Assembly (NCBI GenBank): GCA_001599295.1
Contig: BCGN01000006.1
Coordinates: 1,054,001 to 1,118,000 of the forward strand
From: Sporopachydermia quercuum
Taxonomy: Eukaryota
Length of the DNA stretch: 64,000 bases
Direction: 5' to 3'
Every line of letters begins with the position of its first letter. Positions within the stretch are counted from its first letter, which is position 1. Both the position numbers and the translations under genes were made by a program. Of the stretch, positions 1 to 10,928 are shown in pieces. The notes below the pieces were generated by a model. It made no database searches. It was not told the origin of the DNA and saw nothing but the letters and a program-made list of their open reading frames with translations.

Positions 1-1337
1 TCAATGGGAGAACTTTCTGAGCTTATAGAGCCTTCGGAAGGTGAACTTTTGCTCTTGTTGGTTTTCTCTATAAGTGTGAGGTTAACCACATGAGGTAGAA
101 TAGATAAACCGTACTTTGGTTCATCGATCTTAGAGGATTTCAAGAAAGTACATAGAATTCTAGCTTTTATCTTATCTCCAATTGAGTATTTCTGCTGTAA
201 ATCCTGTTCACTGAAAGTCCCACATTGGAATAAATCAACGGTGCCATCAATGAGACCAAAGACTTTGGTCACCAAACCAGAAGGAAGAACGTCGGTGACC
301 AGAGCTTCCACAGCTAAACCAGGGATAATAGACTCGACATTGGAGATTCTGGTAACACTTGGAAGCTTTTTCCCTGGCTGAGAGTTCAATGTTAACGTGA
401 CAGTTCTACCATTTGATGATTTGGATGCAATAGTAGTAAGGAAAACTTGGCCAGGAATTAAAGAAGAAAAAAGATCGGGAGAAAATGCATTGAGTTCTTT
501 CTTGGAAATAAACCCACTGATAGGTGTACCTGAATTCTTGCCAATGTTGAAAATAGCTCCATGGTCTTCAATGGAACTAACTGATGCTTGGACACAGGCG
601 CCTGGGACTATATCTTCTGTATCGATTTGAACGTTTACTAGCTCAGGGTTCATAGATAATCTGATATTATGCTTAGCTTTATGCTGTGATTGGGATTCTT
701 CATCTTTAAGAACAGTGACTCTTAACCATTGGCCAATAGTGAATATTTTCTTTAAATTGGGTAAAGATTTTTCTGTTTTCGCGTCATTATTTTTCTCTGC
801 CTCATTATCACTATCTTCTTCATCCTCATCCTCTTCATCGTCATCAGCATCATTGATCTCATCTATTAATTTACTAATTTCCGGAGATATATTAACCAAA
901 GACACTGTTCCAGTTAAATTATTGGGTAATGAGACAGTTAAATCTAATCTACCGATTTCTGAGATTTGGCCTAATAATAGAGAACCAGGAATAAGATTCC
1001 TCCTGTTCACACTTTCGATTTTCAATGCATCTTTATCGTTCTTTTCCTCTACAGTTTCTGAACTGGTTTTCTTGCCTTTGGACTTTACTTTCTTTGCCTT
1101 CTTCTGCTTTGGTTGACTGGCACTTTCATCAGTTCTTCCTACGTCGAACAGAGCATCCTTGGTTGCTTCAATGGTTGCTTCTTTAACTTCTAATGGAGTT
1201 AAAACAGACGCTCCACCTCTTGGGAAATCAATTTCACTTGGGGTGATAAGAGAAGGCCTTGGTTGGTTTGAAGAAGGAGCAGAAGAAGATCCAAATTCAT
1301 TCGAACCTTCTGTTCTTTTCCTCTTGATCTGGCTCAT
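1..1337 (-). CDS. RRP5: rRNA biogenesis protein Rrp5, N-terminal part (runs off the window's left edge)
   Basis: ATG at 1337. The minus strand reads MSQIKRKRTEG...EIDFPRGGASVLTPLEVKE, the Rrp5 N-terminal signature, followed by S1-domain-like segments (LLGQISEIG..., QASVSSIEDHGAIFNIG). Absent from the ORF track because its stop lies outside the window. Confidence 0.93.
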   Translation of the reverse strand, partial: MSQIKRKRTEGSNEFGSSSAPSSNQPRPSLITPSEIDFPRGGASVLTPLEVKEATIEATKDALFDVGRTDESASQPKQKKAKKVKSKGKKTSSETVEEKNDKDALKIESVNRRNLIPGSLLLGQISEIGRLDLTVSLPNNLTGTVSLVNISPEISKLIDEINDADDDEEDEDEEDSDNEAEKNNDAKTEKSLPNLKKIFTIGQWLRVTVLKDEESQSQHKAKHNIRLSMNPELVNVQIDTEDIVPGACVQASVSSIEDHGAIFNIGKNSGTPISGFISKKELNAFSPDLFSSLIPGQVFLTTIASKSSNGRTVTLTLNSQPGKKLPSVTRISNVESIIPGLAVEALVTDVLPSGLVTKVFGLIDGTVDLFQCGTFSEQDLQQKYSIGDKIKARILCTFLKSSKIDEPKYGLSILPHVVNLTLIEKTNKSKSSPSEGSISSESSPI

Positions 1338-1567
1338 CTTCTTCTTTGGGTACTACTTCTATAGTATCAAGCAATCACTGGATAATTGTATAGGCTCCAG
1401 CTAATAGTTGATGCTAGTATACCGAATTTCTTCTACTACCAGGTTATTTATAATGATTAGATGCTTTAAAACTAGCTAATACATAAGTTCTAGTAGTCCA
1501 TGATACAATTATAAGGATAATAGTTATAATAAGTATTCCCATACAAATAATTTTTTTTATTCTAAGT

Positions 1568-1578
1568 AAATTTTTTCA
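1568..1578 (-). promoter_or_regulatory. RRPE-like element upstream of RRP5, next to a Reb1-like TTACCCTC (1582-1589)
   Basis: TGAAAAAATTT on the minus strand about 230 bp upstream of the RRP5 ATG; RRPE is typical of yeast ribosome-biogenesis promoters. Confidence 0.55.
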
Positions 1579-1738
1579 CTGTTACCCTCCTTAGAACTAA
1601 GTTTTACATGGAGGGATTAAAATGCATATATAAGTAAGTTGCGCACAGTTATGCATAATGTTGCAGGAGATAAGAGAATCAAAAATAATTGATTGATTGA
1701 TTGATTGGCTGGTTCAAGTCTTATAATTGAAACAATGA

Positions 1739-2474
1739 TTAAATCTTAGGAGAAGTTCTCAAAAAATGTGTAGGACATTCATAGCCACCTGGATTGAATT
1801 TAAGATAATCTTGGTGGTAATTCTCCGCGTCGTAGAAGTTGTATAGTGGTTCAATTTCTGTGACTATACGATGATTGGGGTAATACTCCTTCTGAATTCT
1901 TTGTTGAACCGATTCATAAACTGGAAGATCTCGTTCTTTATCTTCCTCTAAATAGTATAAAGCTGATTTATAATTAGTTCCAACGTCTGGGCCTTGTCGG
2001 TTATACTGTGTTGGGTCATGCATTAGAAAGAAGAATTCCACTAGTTTTTCTAAAGTTACAATCTTAGGATCATAGGAAATTTGTAGTGCTTCCACGGCTG
2101 CATTTGTTCAACGTTAGTAAAATAATACTATCAGACATCAGCGATTATCAATAAAATTATAGCATCTTACCTTGGGTAGTTCCCGAGCAAACATCTCTAT
2201 AAGTTGGAGCTCTCACCATGCTATTCGCATATCCTACTTTACAGTCAATTAGACCTTTTCCTGATCCAAAATATTTTCTATACAAATGCTCTGTGCCCCA
2301 AAAACAACCAGCTCCAACAGTTAAGACCTGTGATCCTTCTGTCCGCTTCAACGCCGGGCTGATAGTTATATCTTTTGCCGGTTCTCTCATCTTCTTTGCT
2401 GTCCCAGTAGCTGTAGCTGCTGAGGTAGGAGATTTAGGTGATCCTAACCCTTTGAATAACTTGCCAAATACCAT
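1739..2474 (-). CDS. MXR1: Peptide methionine sulfoxide reductase MsrA; exons 2474-2171 and 2097-1739, about 220 aa
   Basis: GCFWG active site, VGYA, HDPTQYNRQGPDVGTNYKS and FYDAENYHQDYL...GYECPTH. Intron 2170-2098 has a GTAAGA donor, TACTAAC branch point (2119-2113) and CAG acceptor; splicing gives SGTTQAVEALQISYDP in frame. Confidence 0.95.
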
Positions 2475-3050
2475 TCTATTATATTACTATGCGCAACGCC
2501 CGTCCTAACTCTTAATTCTCGTACGGTACATTAAATATGATATAAAGCAATCACAGGCTGTCACAAACAGCATGGAGAGAACTTCGTCTCCATAAGAACA
2601 ATCAATTCAATTATTTACCAGCTTTATTGCCATCAGAACTATCACCTATCTATTATTTTACCTGCCCCTGATATGGGACGTCATGGATAGATTATATATT
2701 TCTGATGATATAATCGTTAAATTGATCTCATCAAGTGAACTTACTAATTGAGCTGCCTGATAAGCCGTTATGATGGGATAAAGGATTGCTGAATTTACTT
2801 GAACTGGGCTGAATAGGTATTGAATTTGTAGAATTATATTGGATTGAGTGAAGAAAAAAAAGTATAAGACGATTAAGATAGATAGCTAGAAGTTGGTTGA
2901 CTAGGTAAAGTTATAGCATAGTACTGCGATAGTCTGTAGTTTAGTAGTTACTGATTGAGATTGAGCACACTGTACATAAACTATTGGAAGGCAACAGAGT
3001 CAAGGTGAACCAATTTTTGGATAAAACTGATAGTGAAAAGATATTATAGC

Positions 3051-3743
3051 ATGCCTGAACTTTCACCTTTTGCATTATTTGCATTTGATGTATTGAGATC
3101 CAAGCTACTTGCGAAAAAACCTCACAGTTTGAAACAGTTCAATGACCTGTTTGTAACAAGCAGCAATGGCAAAAGTATCCAATCAACTATTGACATAACA
3201 GGGAGCTATCCATTGTTTATTACTTGGAATGAGCATTCGAAAGCTGGATTTTCTTACATTGAATCACCAGGGGTTCAACCTGATAGATCTTTAGCGGGTT
3301 GTATCGGAACATTCTCACCATTGCCCTTAGAAAAAGGATTGAAGGAGTACGCACTAATTGCTGCTTTTGAAGATAGCAGATTTAGACCTATACAGGAAAA
3401 GAACCTGCCAAAGTTAGAGTGTGCTGTTACTATTCTAAAGGATTTTGAGCTTTGTAAAGATAGATACGATTGGGAGATTGGAGTGCATGGAATAAGGATC
3501 TCGTTTAGTTATAGGGGTCGAAATCTAGGAGCTACTTTCTTACCAGATGTAGCTGTTGAGCAAGAATGGGATAAAGATGATACGTTACTTCATTTAGTTC
3601 TGAAAGCAGGATTACCTAGACACGAAGTGATAAAAGGAGTTCCTGCTCTTGATAATCTGGAATTATCTGTCACTAGGTACAAGGGAATCAAGTCAGTTGC
3701 TACTTATGTTGAATATCTTGATTATGTTGAGAAGCTTGCTTGA
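3051..3743 (+). CDS. AMMECR1-family protein (YOR289W-like)
   Basis: YPLFITW, L(A)GCIGTF, YALIAAFEDSRF, DWEIGVHGIRISF, ATFLPDVAVEQEW and LVLKAG. First ATG is at 3051. Confidence 0.9.
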   Translation: MPELSPFALFAFDVLRSKLLAKKPHSLKQFNDLFVTSSNGKSIQSTIDITGSYPLFITWNEHSKAGFSYIESPGVQPDRSLAGCIGTFSPLPLEKGLKEYALIAAFEDSRFRPIQEKNLPKLECAVTILKDFELCKDRYDWEIGVHGIRISFSYRGRNLGATFLPDVAVEQEWDKDDTLLHLVLKAGLPRHEVIKGVPALDNLELSVTRYKGIKSVATYVEYLDYVEKLA

Positions 3744-4654
3744 TTGAAATAGATGTCGCAAAAGAGAACCCTGTTACAAAGGGTAATAGGGTACTTATAA
3801 TGGGTTCAAATGGCTAAAAGTGATAAGGCTACTTGGGAAGTTTCATTCCTTTTTTTTCCTTTCATTTCATTTCTTTTTTGGTTGATCGGCTAGGAAGGCT
3901 GAACCAGTTTCCATTGGTTCTTCTGGTTTCTATTTGTCGTATCAAAACACTATAAACTATAAGGATAGATATTGCAACAGTATTTGCTTGATTCATGTTA
4001 ATATATGAGTTAGTGTTCTATGTATTGATGATCTGTGTAGTAGTCAGCCTTTCTTTAACAGATAAAGGAAGAAACCAGCTATAATCAACAATTCTCTATT
4101 CCAACTCTTTTTATTATTCCATATGGTTGATCCGCATTCCATTCTAGTCCCACCAAATAATCTCATCTTTCAGCGGCTAACTTGCTAATCCAAACAGATG
4201 CTTATCATTCTAAGTAGACGTATCAAATAGTATCTACCGTAAACCAGTGACAAACGCCAACGACACCAATAACAAATGTCTACTTCTCACATAGTATTCT
4301 CCTAATCATTTCCAATGAAAACTCTCGTTCTCGCTCAGTCCTGTTGGGATCTTATCGTCATCTCGGTAATTGAATTGGGGTTCTGATAAGAATCACCTGA
4401 CTTTCATATATTAGAATGATTTGTCTCTTAATGGAAGGAGATATGAAGCCTGTTACTAAGAAATATCGCATTTGTAAAGAATGGGATAGAATGATTGAAA
4501 GAAGAAAGGATCAACAATCATCAACAGAAAGATTAAATTACGTATAGAAATTATTAGCTGATTAGATTCTAGTATCCACTGACTTCCATTAGTGGAATTT
4601 GGCTTGCAGTTTACAGTTTTTGTGGTTTTCAGAAGTCACTCGTCTGTTAGTTTG

Positions 4655-6151
4655 ATGAACACGGATAGCCGTGATAAGGCTCGTATTGCTCTAGATAAGC
4701 TGAAGGAAGTAGCTGAATCATTTCAGCTTAGGAACGATAAAAGTAGTAATAAGAAAAACTTCAGTGGGTTAATACAATGGTTAGAGAAAGAATTCGAGCT
4801 TCTATGTTTTGCTAATTTGCTGGAAAATCAGGAGAACTTAGTGGATGGTCTATCAGGTGAATTTGAGAGCTATCTCAAGGGAGATTCAACTGTAACTGAT
4901 GCCATGATTACATTTGAGTGTGGAAATGTATCAAAAAGTAACATGAAATCCGATTATTTTGCAGATGGGATCTACTGTTGTATAGATGTAGGAGGATCTG
5001 TTTTGAAGGTCGACATTGTAGTTATAACTGATGGTGATCCTGTTGTTAGAGAGAAGAGTGGTTGTGATATACCTACTAAGGTCAAGAACGACAGGCTGTT
5101 TGATTGGATAAGCGATGCTATTAGTCCTTTTCTCAAAAGCGTTTCAAAGGTAAGAAGTGATGAGAGAATACTCCTAGGGGTCGTTTGGAGCTTTCCTATT
5201 GCTCAGAATTCGATCAATAATGCTGTCATTCTGCAAATGGGAAAAGGATATGAAGGTCTGGTGAACAAAGAGATCAACGCAGAGCTAACTGCATGTTTGT
5301 ATAATAAAGGTATCAGGTGTGTTGATATTACATCAATATTACATGATTCAACAGTTTTGCTGTTGGCAGCAGAAAACAGTGTCGTTGGATTTGAAGAATA
5401 TCAACAGAGCGATGCTTTCATTATATCGGTAGTATTAGGCACTGGGATAAACATTAGCTTTAGATCTAATGATGATTCTATTTATAATAGTGAGATATCA
5501 AAATTTGGTATGAAATCTCAGGAAATGGGAGTGCTGAAAAATAGTCGTTGGGATAGAGAACTGATTGAACTCTATGGAAACTTCCAACCTTTGGAATTGT
5601 ATACTGGCGGAAAGTACTTACCAGAGATAGTCAGGAGAATTCTACGAGATATTCTATTGTCTATGGATTTAGAACTTGAATTAGTTGAAAATTTGGGAAT
5701 AATTACAAGTGAGTTCTGCTCCAGAATAGAAAGTGCGGATAGCATAGAAACTGTTAGAGAGTTGGTCAAGGATTATTTTATTGAGCATCAGAAGCTGGAG
5801 GAAAGCCTACTAGAATTGGTCCCTTTTCTTCCTTTGCTTTGTCAGTTGGTTAGTGATAGAGCTGTAAAAGTGTGTTCTACTATTATAGTATCAGTTTGGA
5901 ATCTTTTGACTAAGGGAAAGTCGTTTTTGAGCCAGAGTCAACGGGACAAGAGCAATTCTTTACATATTGGATATACGGGGTCATTAATATCCAAGTACCA
6001 TAGCTTCCGGGAAAGAATGCAACACTCTATTTCTGTCCTAGGAGAAAATTATGGATTGGAAAAAGTGACAATGACAGAAGTTGGTCAAGGAGATATTTTC
6101 AAGTCGATGATGTACGTTGAGTCTAAGGACGAAGGCAAGGATATACTGTAA
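4655..6151 (+). CDS. Divergent hexokinase-family protein, probably N-acetylglucosamine kinase (NGK1/NAG5-like)
   Basis: IDVGGSVLKV (phosphate 1), VWSFPI, QMGKGY, ILHDS (catalytic Asp position), VVLGTGIN, YNSEISKFG, FQPLELYTGGKYLPEIVR and IGYTGSLI. WSFP, MGKG and FQPLE point to the fungal GlcNAc-kinase branch. Confidence 0.75.
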   Translation: MNTDSRDKARIALDKLKEVAESFQLRNDKSSNKKNFSGLIQWLEKEFELLCFANLLENQENLVDGLSGEFESYLKGDSTVTDAMITFECGNVSKSNMKSDYFADGIYCCIDVGGSVLKVDIVVITDGDPVVREKSGCDIPTKVKNDRLFDWISDAISPFLKSVSKVRSDERILLGVVWSFPIAQNSINNAVILQMGKGYEGLVNKEINAELTACLYNKGIRCVDITSILHDSTVLLLAAENSVVGFEEYQQSDAFIISVVLGTGINISFRSNDDSIYNSEISKFGMKSQEMGVLKNSRWDRELIELYGNFQPLELYTGGKYLPEIVRRILRDILLSMDLELELVENLGIITSEFCSRIESADSIETVRELVKDYFIEHQKLEESLLELVPFLPLLCQLVSDRAVKVCSTIIVSVWNLLTKGKSFLSQSQRDKSNSLHIGYTGSLISKYHSFRERMQHSISVLGENYGLEKVTMTEVGQGDIFKSMMYVESKDEGKDIL

Positions 6152-6819
6152 GACAGTAAGAGCGAGAGGAAGTAAACTATGGGTAGATAAATTATAGTTT
6201 GACTATATTGCAATTGCGTTTAAGAACTGGTAGCGCTATATAGTGATTTGGCAATGTTTTTGATGCTTCAAAAGAGTGATATCCGGCTATTCAGAGCTTT
6301 GCTTGCAGTAACAAGCCTATGTAAGACGCACGTGACTGCGATGAGTCTGCTATCTGATATCGGAAATCATGCCTACAGCCCGGTTGACCTCAATAGCAAT
6401 TATTAGCCCCTAACTAACTAAAGAAGAAAACGTCTTATAAATGAAGTATTTTTCATAAGATTTAATATAATAGAACTATTATATTCTATGAAATTCATCT
6501 GATCTATACCGTTTTCCCATTTTTCCACTTAAACATTATTTCCGTCTTCGTCTTATTCCGGAGATAATGATTCTTTATTTTCCATATCCTCTCCGATTAA
6601 TGTTCATCTCTTCTCTTGTGGAAAAACGAACACACATAAACATCGCTGCGTCTTTCTCTCTACCATTGAAACCAAATTAATAGATATGTTTTTGAACAAT
6701 ATCTTTGTTAAATAAGAATTCTATTAAAGTTGCACCTTTTCTCAACTGGATTTCTAGTTTTCGATACTTTGCAAGCAAGAGGCTGATTAATTGGTTTAGA
6801 GCGAAACATATGTAATAAA

Positions 6820-7548
6820 ATGGGGATCTGTTTGTCATGCCTTAGAGGTAGATATAATGATGACGACGATGATCAGGTAAGCTGGAAAAAAATTGAGGAT
6901 ATAAAGGGAAAAGTGGCTAATGGGAAGAATTTGGTGAGATAAATTAATTGCTTTGCTCCTAACATTTGGGTAGATTAGTAGGACGCCTTTACTGCAAGGT
7001 CGAATGGCTGGAAGGTATGGATTGTTATGAAGTTATTGAGCCTTGCTATTCCACGATTAAATGAAAAAATGTATGTTGGTAATCACAAATAAATATGATA
7101 TTGGTTCTAACGGAGGAAATAATATAGTCGGATTGGATCTGTTGATCTAGATAATCAAAAGCGTGAACGAGAATTGAATCAAATAGTCAATGAAACAGGA
7201 GAGTAAGTGAAAATGAGTGTTTATCATGAGAGCCATCAAATGAGCTAGCTTTTGAGGATATGCCTGATTAATTTACAGTTGGAAGGACTAACAGATGATT
7301 TATTTAGAGGACTGGTTGATTATTATGCATTAGGACAGTCTAGTACTCTTTCAAGGAGCCAAGGAGATATTGATATAGAAGCAGTGAAGAATTTTGTTCT
7401 GGAGTTCCCTATAGACCGATTGGTTTGGAATCGGGAAAACGTGGAAGCGGCCTGGTATGGGTACTCAAAGAGCGAAAGTGATGAAGAGAACGGAGTAGTA
7501 GCGACAAGACAAATAAAACCATTTGGACACCTGACTTATAATCTATGA
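6820..7548 (+). CDS. MEH1: EGO/Ragulator anchor subunit Meh1/Ego1 (LAMTOR1-like); exons 6820-6876, 6974-7014, 7128-7202, 7308-7548; about 137 aa
   Basis: The spliced product reads MGICLSCLRGRYNDDDDDQ-ISRTPLLQGRMAG-SRIGSVDLDNQKRERELNQIVNETG-EGLVDYY... It has an N-myristoylation Gly with palmitoylatable Cys, a dileucine-like RTPLL, and an RE.EL..IV..T...L[IV]D segment matching Ego1. Three GT-AG introns, each with a CTAAC branch point, keep the frame. Confidence 0.8.
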
Positions 7549-8242
7549 ATGTTGAGATTGATGGATGAGAACGAATTAGCAACGTCTTAAAGATTGTTCT
7601 GGTCAACAGTTCAAGATTTGCTTGACAGTTAGAAGAATTAGAAGCATATGAGGTAATAATAATAGTATTGTATAAATCGAAGATGGAGTGTCAGGAAGTT
7701 TGATACTTTCAGAATAGAAACCGCTGGTTGTATGTTTATGCAACTAGAGTAGGTATATGGTTAGAGAGTTGAAGGGTATTTGAGATACATGTTAGAGAAG
7801 TTTGGTTGAACTCAAGAGGCAGCATGCATCGCATTGCAACTATTGCAAGTACTGTATAGGCATTTTTCGAATAAATGGCTTTTATTGCTGATGAACGGGA
7901 CCATTATTTGATGGCCATTGACAGTATTGATCCATGAGTCGGCATAAATCTTTAGATATATACCAGTTATTACTTGATTACGTAATAAGTTATTGTCCGT
8001 TTATCATTTACTGGCTTCCGCTTTACTTGCCATATTATTCAGTAAACGTACAATTATTTACTACGTCACACCAGTTGAATTGCATCAAGATACCGAACCA
8101 AGTCCCTTATATACCATCTTCCCTGTATTAAGTCCAATGTATCGCCCGTCCTTTCAATAATCGTCCTCTTCTGTTTCCCAACCTCCTTTCATACTGTCTC
8201 CGCTTTTCAGTTTCCCCTAATATCGTCTCCGAAATTCCCTTT

Positions 8243-8250
8243 CCGGGTAA
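8243..8250 (+). promoter_or_regulatory. Reb1-type site CCGGGTAA upstream of the RSC4-like gene
   Basis: Exact match to the Reb1 consensus, about 380 bp upstream of ATG 8625. Confidence 0.45.
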
Positions 8251-8624
8251 CTTTTACCTTTACTCTGTTTGTATCAGTATCACAACAGAAGAACTCCAAT
8301 AAACATCACATACATAACGAGCAATTCACCATAATATTCACCGTTTTATACGCAATTAACGCGTCAGAACTACGAATATTAAGTCAACTGTCTTTTGATA
8401 ACAAGCTAGCTAATAAGGTGTTTAATCATTGATAATATAAATTTTAGTGGAGCTTTGTTGTCAATTGGGCATTTAGTTCAGCACATCAGGTATACGTTGA
8501 GAGCAGTGCCCAGGGATTATTCGGCAATCTGTGTGAAGCATTGAATTCAAAATTGATTGAAATATAAGTGTGGATTTGATAGAATAATTGCTGAAGATAT
8601 TGGAGTTTGCCATAGATACACATA

Positions 8625-10928
8625 ATGGGTCCAAAGAGAAGATCCGGAATAAATAGAGCCAGCGGTGCTACTGGCACTGGAGAGGAAGTTACAAGGAAGA
8701 GAAGAAGGAGTCAGCTGGAAGAACCAGAGCCTGAACCTAAAGAGGAAGAAGACGAAATCGAAAAAGATGTTGGATCGGATGCCGGAGAAGAGTCAGATCT
8801 TAAAAGTGAGCCCGGAAGCGGAAGCGGAAGTGCTGTTGTGAAAATTCGCATGACTTCCTCGAAACCCAGCCCTGAAGATTCCGAAATAGATCTATCTGTT
8901 ATCCATCAGCTGCTTCTATCAATTCTACAATCAGTAGAAGAACTGACTCCAGAATCTGCAGAATCTCCAAAACAGGAGCCAGAAAGACTGTTGGCTTCCG
9001 AGTTTTTCCGGTTGCCAACTAAAAAGCTGTACCCCGAATACTACGAAGAGATCAAAAACCCAATTTCTCTTCATGAGATAAGACAGAAGATAGATCCGAA
9101 AGCAGGAGAGACTTCTAGAAGACGCGGAAGTGAAGCAAATAGTAAGAAAAGGCTTTATCAAAATTTCAACGAGTTCGTTGATGATTTCAAACGAATGGCA
9201 GATAATGCTGCTATATTCAATGATCCTACAAGCGAAATCGCTCAAGATGCCGCTAAAATATATAAGTTTGTTCTTACCAAAGTAAAGGAATTATCACCTT
9301 CTGCTGTACCTTCTTCCGGAAAGCAGCCAAACGAGGGAACTCCCAAACCGGGTAAGAAAAGAGGAAGGAAACCAAACGTGCTACGTATCAAAAAGAAGAA
9401 CGACGTGAAAACTGAGCCAGCTGGTGAATCAACACGGGATCAAGAAACCCCATTAGATGATGAAGAACTAATAGCAAGAGAAGGTGAAGAGCTGAAATCA
9501 GCAATGACAACTCTTATAAACTTTTTAATTAATATGAAGGTTCAAAGGAGAAAAATCTCTGAGCTGTTTATGTATGAGCCAGACCGAGAGGAGTATCCAG
9601 ATTATCATAAGGTAGTAGCCAGACCAATGGCATTTAACACAATTTTACTGGAGATTGATGCTGGAGAGTTTGACATGAACATCAATGCGTTTGCTGATGA
9701 GACAGAGCTGATTTTCACTAATGCTCAACTGTACAATGAAGAAGGAAGTTTCGTTTATGGGGATTCAAAGCTGTTGCAGCAAGCATTTAAGGAAAAAATA
9801 GAAGAATTAAAGGAAAGGTTTCCTGATTTCCTTTCGGGAAGACCTAAGAGTCTGAGCAAAAAGCCTATAAAGCTATCGATCAAACGAAAGAGAGGTCCTA
9901 GGTTGAAACTGAAAGCCAAAAACAGTGAAGGAAAGAATACAGAAGACGCGGAAAACGATACCGAGCATGAAGGAGGTTCCCGAAGATCGTTTATCCGAAT
10001 TAAACCGAAAGCGGAAGATGGCGGAACTGATGATCTGGGAAGCTCGGTAGATATGCCGAAGAGGAAAAGAGGCCGAGCTAAAAGCTCACCTGCTCCCGAT
10101 ACGGAGAATGGAGAACCGGTTAGAAAAAGAAGAGGTCGCAAACCTAAATCAACATTAGTTAAAATCGACTCGGAACTGGATAACGGAGAAGATGGCGGAT
10201 TAGATCATTATAGTTACGGAGATAGTACCGAGGAAATCGTAAAGTCTCCAAGCCCTCCCCTATCAAAATTCGACTTTCCATTCATTGTTTCAAAAGATGA
10301 TCCCAAAAGTTCCACTCAGGTTGGTAAACCATTATCAGAAGTGTTTATAGAAGAAGTAAGCTTTAGCTCTGTGCGGAATATACCTAGAACACGTTTGCCA
10401 TTCAACCCTCTGATCAGTATATTCTCAACATCAATTCAAGATTACTTTGAGTATAGATTTCCTTCTAATTGTCTTCTGAGACCAGGCACTGGAGGCAAAT
10501 TTGCATTTACAGTGATAAATTCTCCTGTGGTCGGAATATACACTGCCCTGAATGAAGCAATACTTGCTACAAGGCCGTATAATTTCACTGTCACTTGTAA
10601 TGGAACAAGAATTGAACCTGTGACAGTATTCAATCAGAACCAGTTACACCATCACGAGGATAAGTATTCTTCGGGAGGGCAAGACGATAAACAAGTGTTG
10701 GATAAAAGCAATGTAATTTCAGGAAAAGACACGTTGAAAAGCAAATACGAAGCGAGATTGAGGCTGGGTATGAATACAGTGGAAATAGCTATTCAAGTGG
10801 CTCCACCAGTTCAAAGGGGAGGTACCTTACCAGTCAGACATTCAGTTCAAAGCTCAATGACAACTTTTGATGAAGGATCTGAAATGGAGAAGTTTACATT
10901 CTATATTGATTTACTATCTGCTGCCTAA
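8625..10928 (+). CDS. RSC4: Double-bromodomain chromatin remodelling subunit, RSC4-like
   Basis: Bromodomain 1: FFRLPTKKLYPEYYEEIKNPISL...NAAIFND. Bromodomain 2: FMYEPDREEYPDYHKVVARPMAF...NAQLYNEEGS. Basic AT-hook-like KRGRKP motifs and a beta-rich C-terminus. No BAH domain, which argues against RSC1/2. Confidence 0.7.
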   Translation: MGPKRRSGINRASGATGTGEEVTRKRRRSQLEEPEPEPKEEEDEIEKDVGSDAGEESDLKSEPGSGSGSAVVKIRMTSSKPSPEDSEIDLSVIHQLLLSILQSVEELTPESAESPKQEPERLLASEFFRLPTKKLYPEYYEEIKNPISLHEIRQKIDPKAGETSRRRGSEANSKKRLYQNFNEFVDDFKRMADNAAIFNDPTSEIAQDAAKIYKFVLTKVKELSPSAVPSSGKQPNEGTPKPGKKRGRKPNVLRIKKKNDVKTEPAGESTRDQETPLDDEELIAREGEELKSAMTTLINFLINMKVQRRKISELFMYEPDREEYPDYHKVVARPMAFNTILLEIDAGEFDMNINAFADETELIFTNAQLYNEEGSFVYGDSKLLQQAFKEKIEELKERFPDFLSGRPKSLSKKPIKLSIKRKRGPRLKLKAKNSEGKNTEDAENDTEHEGGSRRSFIRIKPKAEDGGTDDLGSSVDMPKRKRGRAKSSPAPDTENGEPVRKRRGRKPKSTLVKIDSELDNGEDGGLDHYSYGDSTEEIVKSPSPPLSKFDFPFIVSKDDPKSSTQVGKPLSEVFIEEVSFSSVRNIPRTRLPFNPLISIFSTSIQDYFEYRFPSNCLLRPGTGGKFAFTVINSPVVGIYTALNEAILATRPYNFTVTCNGTRIEPVTVFNQNQLHHHEDKYSSGGQDDKQVLDKSNVISGKDTLKSKYEARLRLGMNTVEIAIQVAPPVQRGGTLPVRHSVQSSMTTFDEGSEMEKFTFYIDLLSAA

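Noticed and set aside
397..1404. Plus-strand ORFs 397-630, 715-1116 and 1159-1404
   Set aside because: Antisense shadows of RRP5. The same applies to the short ORFs nested in RSC4, FMO, ENGase, YTH, UBP15 and CWC22.
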